From: Ostrea edulis
Lineage: Eukaryota
Assembly (NCBI RefSeq): GCF_947568905.1
Contig: NC_079165.1
Coordinates: forward strand, 10,664,001-10,728,000
Direction: 5' to 3'
Length of the DNA: 64,000 nt
Position 1 is the first letter of the stretch. Each line of letters opens with the position of its first letter. Below the pieces are notes generated by a model. The model searched no databases. It was given only the letters and a program-made list of their open reading frames with translations, and was not told the origin of the DNA. Positions 40,101-52,100 of the stretch are shown piece after piece. Both the position numbers and the translations under genes were made by a program.

Positions 40101-43100
40101 TGCACAATCTCCCAAACACATCATCAAATCAGAGGGCACAGTTCACATACTGATCATCACTAAGTGCAGAATACCAGATCAGGGGACGGTGTCATGCTCG
40201 TATGCTAAGCTCGAGACTACTGCCAAATTAACTGTCACAGGTGAGTTTCTACACATGAACATTTCACTCATCTTTACCTATGCTTTCAGGGAATATGCAA
40301 TTCAAAAATGTATTGTGCTTGTTAAAAGTATTGCTGTAAGGTTTTTTTAAAAAAAAATTTACAATCTTTCAGAACTAGTCAAAGAATTCACATTAAATCT
40401 AGAAGACACAGTAGTAGAAAAGGACAGTGATGTGACCTTCACCTGCAAGGTCAACGACGAAGATCTGGATGTGAAGTGGTTGATTGACAGCCAGACTCTA
40501 CCTGAGTCGGACAAATACTCGGTGATCTCGGAGGACGTGACACATTCTCTCACCATCAGAGATATCCAACCACAGGACTCCTGTGATGTCACAGCAACAT
40601 TCGGAGATGAATCAACCTCTGCTAGACTCTCTGTTGCAGGTCAATTTCACCAACATTTTTGTGATCCAATTTCCTACTATCAGTCAAATTAAAAAAAACA
40701 CTTTTGTCAGGTGCTGTGGGATAGGTTAAATTAGACTTCTTGACTTTGCTTTCCTCATAAATCAACTTTCAGTAATTTTGATGAAATGCTAAAACGTACA
40801 TCTTTTTTCACAGATGTCAAAGCAGACTTTGTCCTACCTCTCAAAGACCAAAAAGCCAAAGAAAACACCTCAGTAGAATTTGACTGCACCTTGACGATAT
40901 CCACAAACGATGTCCACTGGTTCCTCAATGACGTGGAACTCCACCCCACCGAGAATGTGGAAATTATAAAAGAAGGAACCAAGCACAAGCTAATCCTGAA
41001 AAATGTCAGCCCCCAACAAACCGGCCAAGTCACGGTCAGCGTGGGAGAGAAGAGTTCGACTGCTACTCTCATTGTTGAAGGTCTGTTTATGAGCTTAGTG
41101 TTTACACTTTTCTCTGCTTTGTTATTCATACATTTCTTTACCATTTGATGTTTGTTTGTCACTCATTCTGTCATGGTAGCTTCATTGTGAACTATTAATC
41201 CGTGTTGACTAGAGTGTCCATCTTCTAGGAATAAACTATCGATATACAGGCTTGCTTAGCATCAAGTCTATTTTCCATACAGCTGCTATCGGAGACTTTT
41301 TTTATGCATACAGTATCACTCAGTTTTAGAAGGTTTTCCATTGTTATGTTGAATCAGAAGCCAATGAAGACCCAGGAGAAATAACTTTTATTTTGTGAGA
41401 CTTTATTTTCACATGGATAAAATAATGTATTTATTCACTATCCATAACTTCAATGAATCATTATTTATTGCATGTAAGATTTTATTTGCGAGAACTAAGT
41501 TTTCCTGAATGGCTAGTCTCATGAAATTACACGTAAATAATGTTCTCACAAATGAAATGTGATTTACAGTAAACAATATCAGGAAAATAGCTATTTAAAG
41601 TACCTCGTATCTCTCAGTGTACAGCAGTATGGTGTTTACTAGTTCTAAGCTCTGATCTGGATTTCTTGAAAATATCTCAAACTTGATAATTTAACAGTCA
41701 AAATTTGAGCAAAATCTCAGACCAAGCTTCGATTTATGTTTCTTTTGAGAAATTCAGGACTGCATGGTCTCAATGCCATAAACTGAGAATAGACTGAAGT
41801 CTAAATTTTGAATCTAACTAACTTTTTAAATAATCTTCATAAACAAATAAAATTTTCAGTATATGTTTGCATTTAATCTTTTTTATAAACCAGCAGTTTT
41901 TTTAAACAGCTGTGCTAGATAAATATTAAGATATAAGTAAAATTTTGACTTAAGTTTATTCTCAGTTTAAGGTAATAAGAATTGAAAGACATTTATTTGT
42001 TTGTAGAAGTCCCTGTAGAATTCAGTGCAACATTAGCAGAACAGCGCGTGGAAGAAAATACAGAGTGCCACTTCACTTGTGAACTCAATAAGGAGGATGT
42101 CCCGGTCACATGGCACAAGGACACCAGTAAAATTGTGCCCAGCAACAAGTATCGTGTCGAGGACGTGGGAACCAGTCACACGCTGGTCATCAGCGACGTG
42201 AACAGGGAAGATGTGGCAGAATATTCTGTGACTGCCGGTGACGTACGAAGCACTGCCAGACTGCATGTCGATGGTGAGTAGCCTCACGCATATCCATCTC
42301 ATGAAAAATTCTGAAATTCTTTTTAACAATAACATATTCCAAAGTTCTAATGCATATATTTCAATCTATGTAAGCAATTATATATGTATTCCATGCATCT
42401 ATGTAATGAACAACACTAGTATTCAGAGATTAAAAAATCAATAATGATTCCTCATATACACGTATATTTAAGACGAAACGCAATTTTAATTCTGTACACT
42501 GTACCTGCATACAATGTATTGTTAAAGTGCATGACTGTGTAATATTAAGAGAAACCATTACAAATATTCTGACACATTTTCGATAAGTTTGAGCATGAGT
42601 GTTTAGTTTACCTCTATTTTTTTTTTATTTATCCACAGCATGGTCTGGTGGTTTGATAGAGGAGTTTGTCATTCAGATTTAAATAAACTGAAATGAAATT
42701 AAAAAAAAAAAAGATGACTATATATTCAGTGCTTTGTCAGAAAATTAATTCACAGAAATTTGGAATGTTTCACAAGCATGCATGGTGATTTCTTGGAAAT
42801 TCAAATGCGTAATTTGAGTTTTATATTTTTTGTTGTCATGTTGCACTAACCAGAGCATGTTCTTCTAATTACTTTACAGACTCGCTGGTCGAAATTCTAA
42901 CTCCGTTAAAATTATCTCGATCTCCCGTCACACAGGAAGTGACTCTGTCTTGCCAGTTATCGAAACAGATCACTCGTTGTGTGTGGTTGAAAGACGGAGA
43001 GCCAATTGAACTCTGTGATAAATATAGAATGACCTTCAGAGGTCATTACCACAATCTTGTAATCATTGACCTTGACATTGAAGATGAAGGAGTGTATTCA

Positions 43101-46100
43101 TTAACTGTGGATGACCTTAACACGTCATACTATGTTGTTAAGGAAGGTCGGTAGCCATGGTTGCAAAGATGGTGTGATTAACTTATCTATCTACAATATT
43201 TGAACTTGTCAAGCACAGGATTGAAGACAATGCACTGGCAATGTGATGTGATTAACTTATTCATGTATAATGATGAACTTGTCATGCAGATTTGGATCTG
43301 CTGAAAAGAAAGCACAGACAGTGTGATGTGATTAATTTATTAATGATTACAACTCTGACTGATTTAAACAGACACATTTGGATTAAAGATTTTCATGAAT
43401 TAATGAAAGCACATGAAAGAAATTTTGTGTCAGCACAATATTATATTCAGCAATTTATACGTGTAGGTGAACTTTGTATGTATGACTTATTTGTGACTTA
43501 TAATTTGTATTTTGTCTAATGTCTTTACTATTAATGCTCTCACACATGCTGCCGTGTTCATATAACTAGTGAATTGCATATCACAGCATGGTGTTAGAAT
43601 TAACCCACAGAATATCATAATCAAGAAAACAATGTTAAACTAAACTAAGGGAGGAAGCCCTGGAAATATACGTTATTCATTGGCACTAACATGGAATTAC
43701 CTGTACTCTGAAAAAAAAAAGAAATAATTCTTGGAATGACTGCCTGCTGTGAGCTCCAGTGGTAGTTTAATGTAATCCTATTGTTTGGGAACTGATACAA
43801 TGCAATCTCATTGGTGAGTTTTGAAATATTTTGTTTAAAAATATTTTGGAAATTTACAATTGATATTTGGTCGTAATTTAGATAATTGAATTGAATAGAT
43901 TATTAGCATGTGATGCATTAAAGAAACAGAAGAGCATGAAAAAGTTTAGTGTTATTTCTGAACAGCATGCGTATGGCATGATTTTGAAATAATTGGTCTA
44001 CTGCAGTTAAATATCCTCTTTTTTGTCTAACAATTACTCCCATCTCACAACAGAAAAACCACTAGAATTCATTGAACCTCTACAAGAAGCTACCTGCTCA
44101 GAAGGAGAAAATGTGACCTTCACTTGTGAGGTCAGCCAAGATCAGGTCAAGGCCACTTGGATGAAGGATGGTAAAGAACTGGTTCCCTCTGAGGATGTCG
44201 ATATTCAGGCTGTCGGAAAGGTGCACAAACTGACCCTGAAAAATGCTACACTGGACGACAGAGCAGAATACACTATCTGTGTCAAGGACAAGAAGAGCAC
44301 TGCACCACTCTTTGTTGAGGGTCAGTATGGTAGTGACAGTAATCAATCATCCGATTTTTATTTTTGTGTGATGTAAATGTGTTAATGTAAATTTTGTTTG
44401 AAATTGATGTTGGGGCACTAATGTATAATTTCATTTTCAGATAAGATGTGTTAATATTCTATAAGAGTGTTCCTCTGTCGGAAATTGATGTTGGGGCACT
44501 AATGTATAATTTCATTTTCAGATAAGATGTATTAATATTCTATGAAAGTATTCCTCTGTCTACTTGTAGAATCACCACTTGAGTGGGTGGTGTCTCTGAG
44601 AGATCGCTATGATATAGCGGAAGGTGACTGCATCTCAATGATTTGTGAGGTCAACAAGCCGAACGTGCCCGCCATGTGGCTGAAGGATGGGGAACAGATA
44701 ACTGTGGCTGACGGATACGAGATCATCATGGACGGCTGCCGCCACATCCTGCGCATTCCTTCCTGTGAACTGGAAGATGATGCGGAATATACAGTAATGG
44801 TGGGAGATTTGGAATCTATCACAAGCCTCTTTGTGGAAGGTATGAAGACAAGAAAAATCATTGATATATTGCAAAGGAAAATATACATCTGGTATAATTA
44901 TGTATATAGATATATACGTCAGTTGCAAAAAGAACTCCAGTTCTCATTATGTTTGTATTAATGTGTAATGCGTATATACATACCAATCTAACCTGCAGTT
45001 ACATATCACAAATTTTGAATTTAAGAAGAATTCGCAAATGTTTGATATTTGTAGAAGTCGTGCTTGAGTTCACACACAAACTGAACGATGCCACATTCAC
45101 TGAGGGTGAAATGTTCGAGCTCAGCTGTGTGCTGAGTAAGCCGGACGTACCAGTCACCTGGATGAAGAATCGGCAGCCTCTGACTCCCAGTGACAGAATC
45201 CGGATCCTGTGTGAGCGCTACAGACACGTCCTCCAGATCATGGAGGCTATTCCTGAGGACGAGGGCGAATACACTCTGATGTTGCCCAACAACACTGAGA
45301 CATCAGCTATTATCAAGGTCAAAGGTCAGTAAAACCCTATTGAAATAGTTTTCCTATTGTAAACAAATTCTATAAATTTGCATCTCAGTTTGACGTATTG
45401 ATTTATTCGTTTTAGTGCTTGTACAATAATATAGTTTTAACATTTGCTGAAACACATGTATGGGGAATAAGTTTTATCCATTATTAATTTGTGAAATTTC
45501 TAGAAAAACCAGCCAAATTCACCAAACCTCTTGGAGAGATAAAAGCCAAAGAGGGTGACAGTGTGACCTTGACCTGTGAACTTGATAAGCAGGATGTATT
45601 CTGCACGTGGCTAAAGGATGGAGAAGAACTGAAGCCTAGTGACCACGTCCAGATTTCTGCTGATGGTTTCACTCAACAACTCCTCCTGACTGATGTCACC
45701 ATTAAGGATACCGCTAAATACACCTGTGTGTGTGGTGATGTGTCTACAGAGGCCACCCTCCAAGTAGAAGGTAAGGATGTGTCCACTGTCATATATATAC
45801 ATGTTGTCATTCATTAATCACATGTTGTGAAGGACGGTTGTTGTAAATTTTGTAATAATTCTACCTTCATGCTCTCCTTACAATGTCATAATTTTAATTG
45901 TTGTGGTAACAAGATTATGGCTTACATAACCCTTTTCATGCATGTAAACTATTTCGATACAGCTAATGGGTTCCTGCACTTCCTTAATTTTTGCTTTCCT
46001 CACATCCTCCTGTATATCCTAACAGAATTCCCAGAGACCCAAGTAACAGAATTACCAGAAACCCCAATAACAGAAACTCCTCAAGAGACCCCAGAAACTG

Positions 46101-49100
46101 AAGAAAGAGAAGAGGAGGTCATAGTAACGGAGGCCTTAGTTACAGAAACCCCTGTAACAGAGGTCCCAGAAATTAAGGCAAAAGAAATTGAGGTCATAGT
46201 AACCAAGGCCCCAGAAACAGATGCCACAGTAACAGAAACCCCTGAAGCTGAGGTCACAGTAATTGAAACTCCTGAAGCTGATGTCATAGCAGAAGAGGTC
46301 CCAGAAACAGAGGCAAAAGAAATTGATGTCATAGTAACCGAGGCCCCAGAAACAGATGCCATAGTAACTGAGACCCCTGAAGCTGAGGTCACAGTAACAG
46401 AAACACCTGAAGCTGAGGTCATAGCAGAAGAGGTTCCAGAAACAGAGGCAAAAGAAATTGATGTCATAGTCACTGAGGCCCCAGAAACAGATGCCATAGT
46501 AACAGAAACCCCTGAAGCTGAGGTCACAGTAACCGAAACTCCTGAAGCTGAGGTCATAGCAGATGAGGTCCCAGAAACTAAGGCAACAGATATTGAGATC
46601 ATAGTAACCGAGACCCCAGAAACAGATGCCATAGTAACAGAGACTCCAGAAGCTGAGGTCACAGTAACAGAAACTCCTGAAGCTGAGGTCATAGCAGAAG
46701 GGGTCCCGGAAACTGAGGCAAAAGAAATTGATGTCATAGTAACCGAGACCCCAGAAAAAGATGCCATAGTAACAGAAACCCCTGAAGCTGAGGTCACAGT
46801 AACCGAAACTCCTGAAGCTGAGGTCATAGCAGAAGGGGTCCCGGAAACTGAGGCAAAAGAAATTGATGTCATAGTAACTGAGGCCCCAGAAACAGATGCT
46901 ATAGTAACAGAAACCCCTGAAGCTGAGGTCACAGTAACAGAAACTCCTGAAGCTGAAGTCATAGCAGAGGAGGTCCCGGAAACTAAGGCAAAAGAAATTG
47001 ATGTCATAGTAACTGAGGCCCCAGAAACAGATGCTATAGTAACAGAAACCCCTGAAGCTGAGGTCACAGTAACCAAAACACCTGAAGCTGAGGTCATAGC
47101 AGAAGAGGTCCCAGAAACAGAGGCAAAAGAAATTGAGATCATAGTCACTGAGGCCCCAGAAACAGATGCCATAGTAACAGAGACTCCAGAAGCTGAGGTC
47201 ACAGTAACAGAAACCCCTGAAGCTGAGGTCATAGCAGATGAGGTCCCAGAAATGGAGACAAAAGAAATTGAGATCATAGTAACCGAGACCCCAGAAAAAG
47301 ATGCCATAGTAACAGAAACCCCTGAAGCTGAGGTCACAGTAACAGAAACTCCTGAAGCTGAGGTCATAGCAGTAAAGGTGCCAGAAAAAGAGGTAAAAGA
47401 AATTGATGTCATAGTAACTGAGGCCCCAGAAACAGATGCCATAGTAACAGAGACTCCTGAAGCTGAGGTCCCAGTAACCGAAACTCCTGAAGCTGAGGTC
47501 ATAGCAGAAGAGGTTCCAGAAACAGAGGCAAAAGAAATTGATGTCATAGTAACTGAGGCCCCAGAAACAGATGCCATAGTAACAGAGACTCCTGAAGCTG
47601 AGGTCCCAGTAACTGAAACTCCTGAAGCTGAGGTCATAGCAGAAGAGGTTCCAGAAACAGAGGCAAAAGAAATTGAGGTCATAGTAACTGAGGCCCCAGA
47701 AACAGATGCCATAGTAACAGAGACTCCTGAAGCTGAGGTCACAGTAACAGAAACTCCTGAAGCTGAGGTCATAGCAGAAGAGGTCCTGGAAACAGAGGCA
47801 ACAGTAATGAAAGTCCCAGAAACAGATGCCATAGTAACAGAAACCCCTAAAGCAGAGGTGAAGGTAACAGAGACACCAGAAACTCTGGAGGAAGAGATCA
47901 AAGAAACTGAAGTTCCAGTAACTGAAATCCCAGCAGAGGAGACTCTAGGAATTGTGGCTATAGAAAAAGAGGTTAAAGCTACAGAGACAGAAGTCATCAT
48001 TACAGATGTACATGAGACAGAGGTGACTGAAGGGGAGGCCCAAGGAACAGAAACTCCAGAGGTGATAGATATAGAGGTCCAAGCACAGGAATCCCCAGTT
48101 ACAGAGACAACACAGGCAGAGGGCCCTGTGACAGGAGTTTCAGAGGAAGAGGTTTTAGTGACCATGACTACAGAGACAGATGTCTCAGTACCAGAAGCTC
48201 AAGAAACAACTCCAGAAAAAATAACCTTTGAGACAGATATTGAAGAAACTACAGCCACTGGAAAAGAAATCTCAGTGACAGGAGCCCTAAAGTCAGACGT
48301 GACAGTTACTGAGAAAGAGACCTTGGCAATGGTTACCCCAGAAACAGAGGTGACAGTGTCTGAGGAAGAGGCCTTGGTAATGGCTACCCCAGAAACAGAA
48401 GTGACAGTCTCTGAAACTGCCAAAAAGGAGGCTCCAGAAATAGATATCACAGTGACTGAAGTCTCAGAAAAAGAGGCCCCTGTTGAAGAGGCCATACCTG
48501 CAGAGGTTCCAGTTTCAGCAACAGAATTTCAAGATTCATTTGTCACAGAAGCAGACGTTCCAGATTCAGGGGTCACAGAAACAGAGACTGAAGAGGCAGA
48601 AACAACAGAGAAAGATGTCCCAGTTGCAGAAATTGTAGTAACGGAGGCCACAGAAGCAGATGTTACAGTGCCACAGGCCCCAGAAACAGTCGCACCAGAA
48701 ACACAGGTCCTAGTATCAGAGAAAACAATAACAGAATCTCTAGAGAAAGAATCTGAAGAATCTGTTGAGATGGAGATTCCATTGAAAGAGGCTCCTGCCA
48801 CTGAGGTCCCAGAAATGATTGAAACAAAGGTCCCAGGAGAGGAATCATTTGTGATGGACACTCCTGTGGTCCCAGTTTCAGAGAGCTCAGAAACTGAAGT
48901 TACAGTGACAGAAGTCCCAGAAGCAGAAGCTTCAGAAGAAGAGGTATTAGTGACAGAAACTCTAGAGGCCCCAATGACAGAGGTCTCAGAAGCAGAAGAC
49001 ACTGTCATCGAAATTTCAGAAACAGAGGCACAAGAAAAGGAAGCCTTTTTTACCAAACCAATGGAGGACCTTGGAACAGAAGAAGAAACAAATTTCCAAG

Positions 49101-52100
49101 AAAAAGATGTAATTTTGATAGAAACTCCAGATGCCCAAGATACAGAAAAAGATTTCTCTATGACAGAAATTTCTGAATCCGACGTGCATGTAAAAGAGAC
49201 TACCACAGCAGAAACCTTGGCAACAGAAATCTCAGTACCAGAAACTTCAACACCTGAAATCCCAACATCCTTCAGAACACCTCTCACTGACCTCTTTGCT
49301 AAAGAAAATGACACAGTAACCTTAACCTGTGAACTTGTTCAACCCAACATTCTATGCAAATGGCTTAAAAATGACTCTGAAATCAAACCTACTGACCACT
49401 CACAAATTTCCCATGATGGCTTTACACAACAGCTTGTACTAACTGGTGTTACTGTGGATGACACAGCTAAATATTGTTGTGTATGTGGTGATGTGTCTAC
49501 TGAAGCCATGCTGCAAGTAGAGGGTAACTAAAACTTACATCAATTATATAATCAAGAAATTTAACAAATCTTATCATTCTCATACAAATAAATCTTAATC
49601 ACAATTTTACCATTAATGAATTCATTAATTATTCCTTTGAATTTAAACAATTTGATTTATCCTAAGAGATTTTTAACCTATGATTTTAGAAGCACCATTC
49701 ACCTTTACCAAACCCCTCACTGACCTCACTGCCAAAGAGAAGGACACTGTAACCTTGACCTGTGAACTTTCCAAACCAAATATTCCTTGCAAATGGCTCA
49801 AAGATGGCACTGAAATTAAACCTAGTGACCATGCACAGATCTCCTATGATGGTTACACTCAGCAGCTCATACTAACTGATGTCAGTGTTGATGACACTGC
49901 CAAATATTCATGTCAGTGTGGTGATGTTTCATCCGAAGCCACACTTCAAGTTCAGGGTATTTAGCCAAGCAGTTTACATTATTTTCCTTTTAATCACATT
50001 TTTGTATTTGCAATTAATTTATCCTATCCTCAGATAACAATATTTTTCACTGACCTTTTCTAGAAGCACCTGCCACCTTTACCAAACCCCTCACTGACCT
50101 CACTGCCAAAGAGAAGGACACTGTAACCTTGACCTGTGAACTTTCCAAACCAAATATTCCTTGCAAATGGCTCAAAGATGGCATTGAAATTAAACCTAGT
50201 GACCATGCACAGATCTCCTATGATGGTTACACTCAGCAGCTCATACTAACTGATGTCAGTGTTGATGACACTGCCAAATATTCATGTCAGTGTGGTGATG
50301 TTTCAACTGAAGCCACACTTCAAGTTCAGGGTATGTGCTAGTTGTTTTAGCTATAGTTGTGTTCTTTTCATTCTGCAGACATGCCATGGTGTAGTGGTCT
50401 GACACCATTGTGATCGGCCATTGACTGTTAAGTCGTTAAGAATGTGGAAACCTATAGTTCTTAACTGTATTTGTTTGACGTTGTAGACTCGCTGAAATTC
50501 ATCCGAGAACTGACAGAGACGCGTGTAATTGAGGAGCACACAGTGACCTTGGAATGTGAGGTCAACCTGCCCGGCCTGACCGCAACATGGCTGAAGGACA
50601 AAGAACCTGTGGTCCTCAGAAAGTCCAACTCAATCCGTGTCAAAGACGGCATACACAGCCTTGTGATAGGTTCAGCTGAGATTGATGATGAGGCCGAGTA
50701 CACAGTACAGATAGGAGATATCTCATGTTCAGCTGCTCTCTTTGTGGAAGGTAAACTTTGATTAGATGGTATCTTGAGTTCTTAACGAAAAGACAATCTT
50801 TCTGTCTGTTTTTGAAACATTTAAACATAGATTGTTATGATAGTCTTTCACCAAAGAATTATGATTTACATGTATGATTGCAATTTTTGGGGGTAAATAA
50901 TTCATGTGTTTTTGCTATATTCTGAATTTGTATTCATCAACAGAGGCTCCTGTAGAATTCATCAAACCACTCAAGGACATTCAGGTCATGGAGAAGACCA
51001 AGGTCACTCTGGAGTGCGAGGTAAACAAACCTAATCTGATAGCCACCTGGTACCTGGAGGGGGAGGAGATCAAATCTGATGACAGAGTGGAACTAGTGGT
51101 TTATGACACAGTCCACCAGCTCATTATCCAGACCACTAAACTCACAGACGAGGGAAAATACACCATTGATGTGGAGGGCCAGAAATCCTCCTCTACACTG
51201 CTCGTAGACGGTAAGCTATCGTTTGGTGGATTTGTCGTTTTTATTGTGTTTCTCTGGTATTTGATTGTGTCCAAGCAAAAAGTACTAACTTACTCCTCAA
51301 CTGTCAAAATTTGTCAAAATAATTGTTTTGAATTCTCCTAAAACCTGTCGGACATGATTGTTTTGTAATTTGGGGGAGAATGGCTGCGGTGCATGTAAGT
51401 TATTATAAATGTGAAATAATCGTTCAACCCTCATCATGATTAACCACTACTGTGTTCTCCACACTCTGTGAAGCAAAAATGACTACCACTAAACTTTCAG
51501 CTAAAACCGGTGAGTGTACCTTTTATATATAACATGAAAATCTTCAAAATGTTACTATCATGTCTCCATTTTACCTTGCTCTCAGAATCCCCAGTCGAAT
51601 TGGTTGCACGCTTGCATGACATTTGTGTCCCGGCTAAAGGCACAGCTGTGTTTGAATGCGAAGTATCACTGCCTGGTGTCAAACCGCAGTGGTACAAAGA
51701 TGAAGAACCAATCACAATCAGCGATGGTTATGACATCAGAACAGATGGGACACACCACTATTTGTACCTAGAGAAAGTGGGACTTGATGACATCGGGGAC
51801 TATTCGGTCCAATTTGATGATGTGGAGTGTACTGCCACTCTTCAGATTGAAGGTAGCTGCAGGAGTATATACTAGTCATCACCATTAGGACAGACAGCGA
51901 TATATTTGTCTTTTGTTTCATTTTAACATGTTTTGATTTATTTAACCATTGCATGACCTTAGCATGTTTCTTCTCTTTATAACTACATGTATATTAAATA
52001 TTCCTCCATAAAGAGTACGGTTTTAGAACTTTCAGTTGGTATTTAATGTGGTAGATTTTCTTAATTTATTTTCTTTGAATATTTTTCATTCTTTAGTTCC

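Noticed and set aside
43290-43466. Open 177-nt phase-1 window containing DFHELMK
   Set aside because: Overlaps a degenerate local repeat, is AT-rich and has a weak acceptor; the motif match is only partial.
45827-46025. Cys/Phe-rich N-terminal part of the 1234-aa ORF
   Set aside because: Intronic read-through upstream of the 46025 acceptor; composition changes sharply at the acceptor.
46081-49314. Minus-strand Ser/Val/Thr-rich ORFs
   Set aside because: Antisense shadows of the 135-bp coding repeat exon.
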